A stretch of 64,000 bases of DNA from Rhynchobatus australiae (taxonomy: Eukaryota). The notes beneath the pieces were generated by a model. That model ran no database searches. It had not been told where the DNA came from and worked only from the letters and a program-made list of their open reading frames with translations. Each line of letters starts with the position of its first letter. The stretch's first letter is position 1. The stretch covers positions 43,714,854 to 43,778,853 of the forward strand of contig JAUZTB010000002.1 in NCBI GenBank assembly GCA_034780895.1, read 5' to 3'. Positions 26,236 to 39,990 of the stretch are shown piece after piece. A program made the position numbers and the translations under genes.

Positions 26236-27659
26236 AATGTCTAGAATTAGAACCGTGATCTTTATTCTTTAATTCAAAATTCCTTACCAGGCTGGATTTA
26301 CAGACATAAATCCTTGCATTTTTGTATTTGCTGATATTAAATTTAGAGGTATATGATTGGTTTTGATTACATCAGTGATCATGACAAAACAGGGAGATTT
26401 TAAATAACCTTAGTCATGAGGTTGCTGTAATACTTAAAAGTAAAGTGAAACCAGATGGCTACTTTTACACTGGGCCAAGAAATGGCTGTTTGGGGCCTGA
26501 ACTGAGCGATGAGATTTTATCTCTCTCCACCCATTTTCATGCCTTGGCTCTGACATGACACAGCCGGGATACCGTGGTGTGGTAAATGTATTATGAAGAA
26601 AGTTGCCAATTCTGCAAATTGGGTAGGATGGAAACCCTGGAGCACAAGAGATTCGAAGCAATGGTGGGGGCCTGGTAGGTAGGACAGAGAGAATATATTA
26701 GGGAGAGGATGGGAATGTGATATGAAGGGGCTAGGGCAGAGATGGGAAGGATGAAGTTGCTTTTTATAATAGGATATTCCATCCATGTTTGAAACGTACT
26801 ATAGGTGCATATTATTAATTATTTTCACTTTAATTGTACATAATGCCACAAGCTTAATTAATGGCCCATAATATAATTTTGTATGATCTGGTATATTTAC
26901 AGAAAAGTGGATTTGCCAGTTTAATTGTGAAAGGAATGTGGTCAGTACACTTTCACGAAAATGACACCACTACAAGTGTCGTATGGCACGTGATACCACT
27001 GCAAAAAACACCAACCTCTATGGGTATCCATGCCCACCTCATGGAGGACCAAAAACCCTGGAAATACAATGTCCAGGCACAAAGTATAACTTTTAATAAA
27101 ATTCCATTGCACAGTGCACAAAAATATCATTTTGCACTTAAAATTCTAGGCAGTTTCTCCTTTGATNNNNNNNNNNNNNNGCTCTGCTGCCATCAGCACC
27201 TTTTGTGCTGTGAAGATTTTATTTTCTGTACCTGATCCAAAGATGGTGTTACACTTCTAAATGGATGGAGCAAGAAAAACAGTGAATAGGCACAATAACT
27301 GGATGGAGGGGTTGATGTTTGAATTGCTACTGTTTTATTTAGATTTCAAAACGGCATAAGAGCAAGTCCAAAATCAGAAGGAAAAATGTCACAGAAGTGT
27401 AATGCTGGTTATATTCCATTGTGATTTTAGCCAGACCTGGATTTAGGAAATCAAAGTTCCTACCAAAAACAGATGCAGCACTCATAAGTAAATGCAAATG
27501 TGTGTCAAGTATTGCATTTAAGATCATAAAGGCTTTTTTTTGTCTCCAACTGTGCTGCTACTCCTCCTTCATGAAATTCCCCCACTGGACAAGACAGGGT
27601 AAGCTACTCGCTGTAATATTTAAAGGGATACATGTTCATACAATGTTTTAAGTGGAGGT

Positions 27660-27750
27660 AAGAAAGAAAGACTTGCATCTTCAGAGCATTTTTCAGGACC
27701 TCAAAACATCCCAGAGTGCTTTGCAGCCAACTTGCATTGTCAATGTAAAC
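27660..27750 (-). mobile_element. Deu-domain SINE (SacSINE1/AmnSINE1-like) tail remnant; related decayed piece at about 10480-10800
   Basis: gacttgcat...gacctca.aacatccca.agtgcttt.cagccaa resembles the recalled consensus tail. Confidence 0.45.
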
Positions 27751-28204
27751 AGATGGAACAACTTTTAAAAAGACATTTGACATGGCTCTTTTAAAGTAAA
27801 AACCCTGATGACTCGTTCTTGTTATAACTGAATTTCTTCTATTGTTAAAGGTTTTCTGTGGCTCTTTTTGCTCGCATTAGTTGGCACAATGGGCCGAATT
27901 GGTGCTGTATATTGCTATGATTCACTCCTCCCTGGGTCTGCTTCACCTCTGNNNNNNNNNNNNNNNNNNNNNNNNNNNNNNNNNNNNNNNNNNNNNNNNN
28001 NNNNNNNNNNNNNNNNNNNNNNNNNNNNNNNNNNNNNNNNNNNNNNNNNNNCTGACTCCAGATTAAACTGCCTGCCTTTGTTCCCTAAATGCTTCTGTAA
28101 TTGATTCACATTTCCCGCTGCTAACCATCAGTTAAGTTAGGAATGGATAAACTCTACACCAGCCTACTCAGTCACTTGTAAAGAAAATCCTTCATTTTGT
28201 TCCC

Positions 28205-28238
28205 TCCATCCATCCATCCATCCATCCATCCATCCATC
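28205..28238 (+). repeat. (TCCA)8 microsatellite
   Basis: Read directly. Confidence 0.95.
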
Positions 28239-31200
28239 ACAGGCAAGGCCAGTGTTTATTGCCTGTCCTTAATTGTTGCTTGAGAAAGTGCTGGCAACTG
28301 ATTGGATTGCTAGACCATGTTAGAGAGCATACCGTCAACTACATTGGGTGGGTCTGGAGTCATTTAAGTTAACCATAAGTAAAAGCCACTGGAGTAACCT
28401 ATTTGTATATTATAGGAAGCAGATCTGTTGCTAGAACCTTTACATATCTGACTAACCTCCAGTTTATATTCAGTTCAGTGAATTATTTGATCAGGTCACC
28501 TTTTAGACTTGAGAAAAGGAAAAAGAATAATGATGGGTTTTACACGATTATTCAATCATGGATATGTGGTATGCAAGAATGCAGTCAGTATGGATGAAGA
28601 TTCTTTTAGAAAAGCCAGTTACCATGAAGATAACCTATTGGAAGCCAGCAGTATAAAGAACACCACCACTTAAATAATAGTGATTGAAGAACTTAGAACA
28701 CAGCTCATAAAGGATTTAAGCCTAACAAATCCCAAACCATACATAGCACTTACGTACTGTTTAGATATAATGGAATTTGCAGTACTGCTATCAAGTTCAA
28801 TAAAGTGTTTTTGCCAGAAGTTGTGAAGCTGTCAATTACTTTGTTTTGGACCAAAATAGGTTACCTACACAAACAATTTTGTTGACGGCATGCACAGTGC
28901 TAGCAAATGTGCAGATTGATAAAATGCTATTAATATTCTAAATGCACAGGATTTTCCATTTGCAGCTGTAAATGAAATGACTGTGCTGGAATGCTAAGGA
29001 CAAGAACAGACCCACCAACTCCTTAGGCCTTTCCTATCATTTTGCAAGATCATGCCTGATCTGTACCTCAGTTCCATTTCCCTGCCTTTGCTCCACAAGT
29101 CCAAATGCCTTTATCTTAACAAAAATCTGCCTTGTTTGTAGAAGCTCTGTTTACCCCTTCAATGACAGCCTAATTAATTGGTATTAGTATTGGTTTATTA
29201 CTGTCACTCATACCGAGGTACAGTGAAAAACTTGTCTTGCATACCGTTCATACAGATCAATTCNNNNNNNNNNNNNNNGAGGCAGTACAGGGTAAAAACA
29301 ATAACAGAATATGGGGAGAGTTCCAAATTTCTTTTGTCTTTTGTACAAACAAAATTCACTCCTATATAGCCTAACTTTAATGTATGTTAAAAACCTTTAT
29401 ATACTTCACATCTACTCATAAATCATTATACTCATTTATATTTACAAGGCAACGAATTACTCAAAGTCCTCAATGCTTCTGACAAAATATCTGTGTTTTT
29501 GGCATATGATTAATGCAGGAAAGCACACATCTTATGTCTCAGCTAAATTCCTACTATATATTTGATCTATTAGACAGTATGAAATAATTGTTGATAATGA
29601 AATAATATAACTGCTGAAACATTTCCTATTTAATGGGAGTTATAAACCTAAAACAGAGCTAACTCTTAGTTTGCCTATTCTGTAATCGTCAACACAGGAT
29701 TAATTAAATCTAATATTTTGCTGAAATCCTCTTGAAGTAATATTCAGCTGTACAATGACAGGTGTTTGTGCATAATAGGTTCTGAATTGTCCCCATATGT
29801 CAACCTCTGCACNNNNNNNNNNNNNNNNNNNNNNNNNNNNNNNNNNNNNNNNNNNNNNNNNNNNNNNNNNNNNNNNNNNNNNNNNNNNNNNNNNNNNNNN
29901 NNNNNNNNNNNNGCCCAAAATCGATTTTGCTGATAATCAGAGAGACACAGAACCTCTGCACATGTGCACATTGATAGCATCATCAGTGCCATGGGGAAAT
30001 GTGCAATGCCAACATCTACTGGAAAGATACATAATGTCCTGATCATAATGTCAGTTAGCATGCAATGTCAATGCCATGCCACACTACAAAATCCTATCTC
30101 AACTGTACTTACATTAGGCAGCAGAAAGATCCTGCACCCCTAGCCCCTACCCCTTACCCCTACACCACAACCAGTTTGCTGCTTCAAATGAACAGAGATT
30201 TCTTAGTGTCATTAGATGTTTCATAGACTAAAGGGAGTTCTGGGAGCAGAGGAGTTTCCCTTGACCAAGGTTTCTGCTCTACTGCCAGTGCTCAGATCTC
30301 AGTGAGCCAGTGAGCACTGCCAGTGCTCAGGGATCTAGCTGGGAAGAATTGTCTCCAAGCCCTATGCAAAGCACACATACAATGTTGATGCTGGACTACT
30401 CTATATTTCTTGAGTTTACTCTCAGGCTTTCCAGCCGCCCTGTTAATGCACCAGGCATTTTATTTTGGATGCCCATCAGACTAGTTCTCAAATGAAATCT
30501 GAAGGTGCTAGAAATACTCAGCAGCTCGAGCTGAGAGAAACTGAATTAATAATTCATGCTGATGACTTTTCACCAGAACTGGAAAAGCTCAAGAGATGGA
30601 AAAAAATGTATTCATCTGCCAAAGAAAGGGTTGATGGGGAAGAAAAAAACCCAAATGCAAGGAAGATTTATTGCCAGAACTGATAAGAAAGGGCTGAATT
30701 GTAAGGAACCAAAGGTGACCTTGGACGAAATGGGTAGAACATAGAGCTGTTGCACTCAATTTTGAGTCTTACTGTCATGTACAGTAATGATGCCAAGTAG
30801 AGCATATGAATGTTCATCTAACTGACTCCCTGTGCTAAGATAGCCATATGCTACACTGAACTCCCAGCAGAAGACTTAAATGAGGGCCCCACTGGAACCT
30901 AGAACATGGCTTAGGGCAGGCAGCAAGGACCTCTTGGTCAACAGAAGATCTGCCCCAATTACTTCCCTCATCCTTACGCAGCTATAAGAGACCTCCACCT
31001 ACAAGGCAATGGTTCCATTTATGCACTTCAATCAGCTTCAGATGATGTCAACCTCTCCTGAAATTTGATCCCTTCCTGTTGCAATAAACTGCAACAGCAT
31101 CATAGCACCCGTCAGATGCTAAAATTGTTATAATAAGCAGGCAGCTCAATTCAATATATAGTCTGCTGAAGACTGCATGGGCAGGGGCCTATGATCATTT

Positions 31201-33603
31201 CTGGGGGCTAATTGCCTCTTTTCCATTTAGATTAAATTGAAAGGAATAAGCTTGGTGACATTTGAACACATGGTGAGAAAGAAAATCTGCACACTTGACC
31301 TCAAATTATTTTAGTCCCTGACTTTGGTGAAACTCTGTAATTGTTTTTCCATAAGTGTTTTGTCCCATTTTGTCACTAGCAGGAATCAAATACATTGTAT
31401 GTCACTAGGTTAAAGCAGGTTAAACAAAAGGCATGCAAATGAAATGTCAGCTCAAATCAGTCTGTACATTGTAATCGTGCTGTATGAAGTTTCATGTTGA
31501 TTTGTCAAAGTTGCTATAATTGACTACNNNNNNNNNNNNNNNNNNNNNNNNNNNNNNNNNNNNNNNNNNNNNNNNNNNNNNNNNNNNNNNNNNNNNNNNN
31601 NNNNNNNNNNNNNNNNNNNNNNNNNNNNNNNNNNNNNNNNNNNNNNNNNNNNNNNNNNNNNNNNNNNNNNNNNNNNNNNNNNNNNNNNNNNNNNNNNNNN
31701 NNNNNNNNNNNNNNNNNNNNNNNNNNNNNNNNNNNNNNNNNNNNNNNNNNNNNNNNNNNNNNNNNNNNNNNNNNNNNNNNNNNTAATAAATTACCATAAT
31801 AAATGCTGAATTGGAAATATACCTGAATAATGAAGCCCAGCATTTCTAAAGGTTTTAACCTGAGAAAGTTAAAGTGATCAACATCAATCTATATCAAAAA
31901 TAGTTTACTGAGACATCGATGCAGTACTTTGCATCTAAGCACTCCAAATCAGCTATCTCTCATTTCTCTAGTCAGAGTTATTCTTCAAACTGCTATCACA
32001 TTTCTTTCACCACTGAAGGTTATAGACAGACCTTGTCATTCTGTACCACAATTCTCTGCTTAAATCTCATTTCCTGTGTTTTAATGTAATTTTCACCTAA
32101 ATGATGGTTATATGGATGTGACTTTTTACAAGCAAGGACATGTGATGATTCTTGGGAAAAGAACGTCTAGCCAAGAGAGGTAGATCAACAAAGCCAGCAC
32201 TGAGTGATAAATAAGATATAACTGATTAAAATGGGAAGTTCATTAATGTAAGAAAGGAATGACACATCATCAGGGTTTTATTTTCTTTTAAAGGTAAGCA
32301 TTTACTGAGAAAGGAATAAGAATATAGATGCCAATTTAGGCCTTTTACTGTCATTACTGTAACTTCTTTAAATATGCAAAAGTTTAGCTTAGTTTGAGCA
32401 AACACAGATAGTAAATTCATCAGCAAAATCCAGGCTGAGTTACACATTCTTGCCAATAGATTTTAATTGCAAAAATATTAAAGTAAATGCTTTAATTCAT
32501 ATTGGTCTGCATTACATTCCTGACCTTTCTGTCTACCTGTACCTTAGACCGAAATTTTCAGCTTTAAAGTCTCACATTAAAAAGCATTCATAAAAGTTTA
32601 TTGCTGTTGAGTTTAATGAGAACATTTAATGATTAATGCAAGAACCAAGTAAGTTAAAACTCCAAGACCAATTATAATTACAGGACAAGGTCATCAGTGA
32701 AAGTTATGAGATAAAACTTAGTTCTCAAAGAATGATGAGTTGCTCCACCTTCTTCAAATAATTTCTTTTGGATGGAATTTGTGAGTGTGTGTTTATGTTT
32801 CTCCCATTGAGGTACAGGATGTGAGGCATGAAGATATGGACTTCCTTTATTTAACTTAGCCTCAACAAGATCCAGGTCAAGATGAGAAAGTTAAGATGCA
32901 TTAAAAAAAACTTCCACTCGATTTAAAGTAATGTGATCTTAACATACTTCAGAACAAGAAAGCATTAGTGGATCAGGTGATACTTACATTAGTCAAATAG
33001 CACTTTAAGTGTAAGTGGCATGTTACAGCATGTTTATTTCACAGAAGAAGAAAAAAATAGGTTCCAGAGGGTCCGAGTGTAATTGCTCTACAATTTAAGC
33101 ACTCCTGAAATGGATTCAAATTAATNNNNNNNNNNNNNNNNNNNNNNNNNNNNNNNNNNNNNNNNNNNNNNNNNNNNNNNNNNNNNNNNNNNNNNNNNNN
33201 NNNNNNNNNNNNNNNNNNNNNNNNNNNNNNNNNNNNNNCTGAGCATTATTTGAGGATGCCATAAATGGGAAGGGCATCTGGTCTCCAAGGACACCAGAAA
33301 ATTCAAAGCAGGACCTTGGAATGGGAGATTATAAGACTCAGCCTAAGAACAGAAATGAGCCAGAGAAGCCCTTTTTTTAAAAACATACTGCCAGATTTGT
33401 ATTTATATTGACTAAACAGCATGTAAAATGATATGATGATTCATCATCACCTATGTTGCACTGTCATTCAAGGGGAACTTTAGCAGTAAAGCTTGAAGAT
33501 GACTATGCATTTCTACAATAAATGCATTTAACAGAGAAAGTGAGTAGCTCATTTATTTTACATGACAAGGGTGCAAGTTTATTTTACTGTATTCTGATGT
33601 TTA

Positions 33604-33644
33604 ATGCTATTGATATAACACTTTTTGTGTTATATCAATAGCAT
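33604..33644. repeat. Perfect 18-bp inverted repeat with 5-nt spacer
   Basis: atgctattgatataacac-ttttt-gtgttatatcaatagcat. Confidence 0.95.
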
Positions 33645-35984
33645 CAACAGTTAGTTGAAAAAACTCAGTAGAATGTATAATGCAGTCTGCTTTTGGTGGG
33701 AGATGTGAAATGTCCTGAGAGTTTCCATATAGAATAAGAACTAATTCTGGGTATTGCTAAAATTTTTCTAAATTAGGGTAGAAAAAGTTGCTCATTATAA
33801 AGAACACAGATCACTTACAGGAATGCATGGGGTCTGTGTGACTAAGTTAGAAAATATCTAATATATCAACTCCAAAAGCATCACTTACACTTAAAGCACT
33901 AGTTAGCCCATCTGGCCTGATTCCTCCTGCGGCCAAGTCCTGTTTACTGAAGATACTCCCTATGATTTAAAGTTGTTTCTGCTAAAGTGACTTTCATTAT
34001 TTCTGCACTCATCACAGTTTCAATTCCTGTGTACATTATGTTATTGGGGTCACAAAGATTAAAGAAGAATACTAAATTTAGTTTGCAATTGAAACTGTTG
34101 GAAACTCTCACGGCTTCCCTAATTTCTAACTGCATGAAACAGTCTTCTGATTGGTGCAAAAATGCTGTTTTGGGATTGGCCAAAGTGCACTAATTGGGAA
34201 ACAGCTTTTCTAATCCTCATGAGCCATGGAATTTGAACCTCTTGGGAATGTCTCCATTGTACACAGGATTAGAACTGCAATCACATGTGAAGCTAATTGA
34301 ATATGACATGGGCTGGATGTGGTCTTTTCACACTGCTCTGCATTAGAGAACTGCCAGCTCCCAGGTTCACACTATTAAAACCAGCTGCTTTATCACAGTA
34401 GCAAGACCGTCATCTGCAAAAAGTATTATGTGGATCACTGAGTTAGGAGATGTGATTTAATAATACAAAGTCAGATCATCAAGTCCAGGATATTGATCTC
34501 CTGGAAATTAAATTATAGCAGCAACAATTTAAAAATGGCTATAGGCAGTCCGTCAGTGTCAGGTAAGAGGTAATTTATGGAGTGAACTTGTGGCCATTGG
34601 TACCCATTTGAAATTATTAAAAAAAAATCTGGAGGAACTCTTAAAGCTGGAAGAGAAACCCGTTTGTCTAAGTTGATTGGAAAGCAGAAAGTCTTTAGTG
34701 TAGGAAATCTCTGAACAACTAGTTGCTTTTGTCATATATTTAACTATTGTTTGTATCAGATTTTAAAATGTAACTGTGAACAACCCGTATTGCTCGTGAG
34801 ACAATGCCAATGCTGTTGGTTTCTAATTCATTTATGTTTATGATAGAAAGGCAGATAGAATGAGCATCAGATAACATTAAGATAATGAATGGTCTATCCA
34901 GTTTAAAACATTAACTCAGCATCAATTAAATATGATATATTTAAAATAAAAAATGCTGAAAATACTCATCAGGTAGCATCAGTGGAGAGAGTTAGCAGTT
35001 TCAAGTTGATACTTCCAGCATTCTGATTTATTTCAGACCTCCAGCATCAGCAATATTTTATTTTCAGTTTTAATGCAAGCTGATAAACTATCACCCCATC
35101 AATTGCTGACCATGCTGCAAATGTGTACAATGATGTCTTGTCCAGGACACATAGGCACAAACCCATTTTCCACATCCTGTTGTTAGTTAATAACACGTCA
35201 TGTAGATGATATGCAGCTGTGTCCACAGCTGCAGCGGAAGGCGAAAGTGTCTTTTTATTTATTTTATTGTAGTTTTGTTTCTCCTCAGCCATAAGGACAC
35301 ATTTGACTGCAATTCTGAAGTTGGGTTGGGCAAGAGATTACTCACTGGACATTGTTGAAGGGCTGAATCTGTTCCTCTCTTATGTAAGGATGTATCCATG
35401 GATTTGTTAGTATTTTATCAAGGGTGAAGTCATGTTGTTAGAAAGCCAATAAAAAGTTCAAAAACCTTCAGATGAAATGTCTCATATTCCCAAATACTCA
35501 ATCGTGACCAGCTTCAAAATGGAATCCAGCACTGGTTGTTCTAACAGATATATAGCTAAGTCACCAAAAATATTTGGAATTGCTTTTTGAACTGTCGGAA
35601 TTAATAGAAATGATTTTGTAATTCTGTGCAACTAGATCCAGTGTGGCATATTCACCCACCTTGCTTTAGAATACAAGATATTCACCTACTCGCAAAGCAA
35701 GATGATTAGAATGGAATCATGTTTCCTTAATGCAGACTTAATTTAACCCATCTGAATTACAAACCCGATGAGGATTAGCTTGTCTGTCAAAATCTGATTC
35801 AGTTGCCCACTGAGGTCAAAGCAAGTTCCATTTTAAATTGATTTCTGATTCAGTATTTTAAACCTGTTTGTGTGATTTATGATTTGTTATGTCAACTGGG
35901 AACTTCAGACTCTTCATTTCCTTACAAATTTCCATGTCACCTTTAGTTTAAATTAAATTTCTCAAACTCTGGGTTTATATTCAC

Positions 35985-36375
35985 TGGGGTTTAGATTGGT
36001 TTATATTTGCTGGAGTTGAGGAGAATGAGACGGAACATCACTGAAGCTTATAAAATCCTGATGTGTCTGGGCAGACCGAATGCAGGAAAGATATTCCCAA
36101 TGAGGTGAGGAGGGGGACTTCAGAACTGGGGTTTCACTGCTTAAAGATTTGCTGTAAGTTACTTAAGATGGAGATGAGGAGAAATTTCTTTACCCAAAGA
36201 ATGGTGAGTCGGTGAAATTCTCTGGCTGATGAGGTCAAATTGTTAGGTATATTCACAAAGAAGTTAGATAAAGAGATCAAGGGGTGCGGAGAGAAAGCAG
36301 GAATAGGATGCTATATTTGGATGATTGGTCAGGGTTACATTGAATGGCAGAGCAAGCGTCTATTTTCTACATTCC
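35985..36375 (+). mobile_element. Old CR1-like LINE 3' fragment
   Basis: LY.LELRRMR...E.YKIL..L..., and gagatgaggagaaatttctttacccaaag. Confidence 0.7.
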
Positions 36376-37839
36376 TAAACTTGGTTTACAACTTTGCTGT
36401 CTGACACTGTATGAACTATATCTCAAAGACCACCTCCATATTGCTGCCCTTTGTTCCTGCCTCCTCCTCTTCTGCTGCTGAAATCTGCAACCATACTTTT
36501 GTTACCTCTAAACAATTTCACTTCAATTCACAACTGGTCAACTTCCTAGATTCCATTCTACATCAAAAAGTCTGCTGATTCTATCCTCACACACTAAGCC
36601 CTTCACCCTTGTATTGACAGATTACCAATCCCAATTTTAAAATTTGTATTTCCTTCACCCAGTAATGCAACCAGCCCTGCCTGCTTGTGAATTCAATAGA
36701 AAAACCATGAATAATGCCAAGACCCACATACAATGGAACAATGCCTTCTGCATTAGTGCCACAATGACCTCTGTCCCAGATCATCTGTACACACCAAACA
36801 AGATTAGACACAAGGCTGGGAATCACCTAGCAGTTTATGATGTTGAATGGTATCACATCCGCCTGCTGGTTGAATGAAGTGAGGTTCAGTTAAAGACCAT
36901 GCTTAAGGATAGCATAGGATGTAAAATGAAATGGTTTTTATTGGGCAGTAATGTTGGCAGCTGGACAACACTACTTCATCCCTCTTCACTGCTTTGTTAC
37001 ATCCACAGGATATGCCTGTCTCATTTATTAGAATTAGTTAATCTGTATAATCTGAATCAGCCACCATGATAAAAAATTTTTTTGCAGATTTTTCCCTTTG
37101 TATTCAAATCAACAAGCAACAGACCTTCTTTATCACCACATTGTATTGCTCCCCTGTGTATTCTGATACTACAATTGTTTAATCTGATTGAGAGGTACAA
37201 AGTCATTTCATTATAGCAGTGATAACCAATTGTTGGTTAAATTATATTAAACTAGGATCTACTGTTGCATGTGCTCTTTCTTTGTATTGTTGTTTAAATC
37301 GTTGTGGTCACTTGGGTGCTGAATTTTTTCATTGTTGCTGAAAAACAGTCTCAGCAAACAGTCTCTTAGGCCCTGATTCTCCCTTTTGTCCCTAAGGTCC
37401 AAGAGTCATCTTGTGCTATTAGTCCTGTTTTAGAAATGATTGAATCATTGATTGTGTCAGTGTAATCAAAGGCCTTAACTAAGTTAGACATGGTGGCAAA
37501 ACAAAAGCTATTGTTCCAAAGAGTAACCTCAATGAATGGGGTGTATTTAAATTTCAAACTCCAAATGACAATGTATTTTGTAAGCTGATGTGATATAACT
37601 ATCATTGAAAAACTAGAATGCAGCTTGCAAGTTAAACACTACAACCACCATGACATCATCATGAAAACATTACTGAGCTATATATTGATTTTCCTGGACT
37701 TTAGCCAAACCAAATGAAACCTTGAAAACTAACACAGTCTTCTTAATTTAACATTATTCAAATCCACAATTTCTACTTTTTCATTATTACCTTCAAATGT
37801 GCATATTATTTAATTTATTGGTGAAATAAAACTTGTTGC

Positions 37840-37978
37840 CAGGTTCTTGATTAGTAAGGGCATCAAAGGTTATGGGGAGAAGGCAGGAGAATGGGATTGA
37901 GAGGGAAAAATAAATCAACCACGATTGAATAGCAGACTCTGAGCCGAATGGCCTAATTCTGTTCCTATGTCTTATAGT
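37840..37978 (+). mobile_element. CR1 3' UTR fragment
   Basis: ttcttgattagtaagggcatcaaaggttatggggagaaggcaggagaatggg...ggcctaattctg.tcctatgtcttat. Confidence 0.8.
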
Positions 37979-39654
37979 CTTTTAGATTTGGGCCAACGTG
38001 CTGTAGGAATTGTGGACACTTAATGTCTAAAAGCTCATGGGAGGAGACTGGAGCAGTAGCCTAGTTTATACANNNNNNNNNNNNNNNNNNNNATCAGGTC
38101 ATATTTTAGAAATGAAAATAAAACTTTTAAAAATAATTAGCTGAAGATAGTTCATGAAGAATTATAAAATATGTGGAATATAATACACTCTTGTAGTTCA
38201 GACCAATCAGATTATAGTTCTGACCTAGTCTTCCTAGCACAAGTTTTCTCTTCACATGGAAACTCATTGGACTGCTTCCCTGTGACTTCAATTTCTTTCA
38301 GTCCTTGGAGATAGAATTGCTCAAGAAACCAATCAAATTAAAAGAAAACATCAATAAATCAGTTTTGGAGAAAACACTTAAAGGGAATAAAACATCTATT
38401 ATTAGTAATTCCACAACTTCTAACCATCTGGCAGAAAATGCAATTATAAGCAGTACAGAGATTTTAAAACAATTTTAGCAGAGTTGCTGGTTTAGTGCTT
38501 TTAAACTAAAATAAATGACAACTTATTCAATTGATGGCTACACAATTTTGTGTTGATTAGTCCACCATTCTAGTAATAATATAAAATATTTACATATCAG
38601 CAATGTCATATCTTAAGCCTGTTAGTTTCTGATATGCCTGTGGTCTTAAGATGTTTAACTTTAAAAAAAATTATAACTGAAGAAAATTTATTTGCATTAA
38701 TGCAACATAATTTATTGTGAAGTGATAAAAGAATAAAAGCTTATGAACAAATAGACACTGGAGCCAATGAATATCCAGAGAAGTAACATCTCAAAAGAAT
38801 GAAGGCAGAAGGTAGCATTTGCATTGTATATTACACCACATATATTATATATGGCTAGGCAAGACTGAAATCAACAGGGGTATGGTAGAGGTGCAGCAGT
38901 TATTGCTGGACTGCCAACCCAGAAACCTGGCCTGACATTGCAATATGTGAGTTCAGATCCCATCATGGCAGCTGTGAAATTTATATTCAGTTAAAAAAAG
39001 TTCTGGTATTTTAAAATGAAGACAACAGTCAGCAGGAATGAGTTCCATAAAACTACTGGATTGTTATTAAACCCCTGTTGGTCATAGGAGAGGAAAGCTG
39101 GCATCCTTCCTGGTCTGGTCTATATGTGTAACTCAAATGCTGTCTGAAACAATCCAGTAACCTGCTCACCATGACCACAATATTAATTCAACAAAATAAT
39201 CAAACCAGATGGACTACCTGGTATCTATCTAACCAATGAGCTCAGATACAGCAAAATCATTCCCAGCCAGTCAACCTTGCAAACTCCTCCTCACAAACCT
39301 CTGGGGACTGATGTCCATATTGGGAGATCCACAGAGTCAAGCAACAGCCCAGCAAAGTTGTGCTCACAGAATCATAACTTTCAGTCCAAGTTCCAGACTC
39401 TATCCCAATTCCTAGATACATCCTGTCCCACTGGCATTACTTGCCACCAGAGGGTACATAGGTGGGAAGGAGGTAATGATGACCCAACACATATCACACC
39501 TCAGATTGTACAAGTTTACAATGGAAGGGAGCATCTCAGGTTAGAGAAGTGGGTGCAAGGCCAAATCTGGAAGAAATATTGATTGAAGTATCCAAAGAAC
39601 TTGGTGTGAAAATAAGCCACACAGAGCCTGAACAGTTATTTTGGATAATGCATG

Positions 39655-39990
39655 CAAATTAGGAGCAGAGGTAGATCCCTTAACCCCTCACGCATGCTCA
39701 CCCATTTAATAATAATGGCTGATCTGATTGTAACCTCAATCAACATCTATCTACCTGGGGTAACTTTTGACCATCTCGTTTATCAATCATCTATCCACCC
39801 TTGCCTTAAAAAATTTCTTCCACTACCCTAGAGCAAGAGAGTTCCAAAAACTAATGACCATCGGTGACCTCTCATTTTTAAACCCCTGCTTCTAGACTGT
39901 CCCAAGAGGAAGCATCCTCTTTACATCTACCCTTTCAAGATCCCTCAAGATCTAATGTTTCAACCAAGTCCCCTCTCACTCATCTAAACT
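39655..39990 (-). mobile_element. Old CR1 3' fragment
   Basis: aattaggagcagaggtag...atggctgatctgattg...agagttccaaa is the reverse-complement CR1 tail. Confidence 0.6.
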
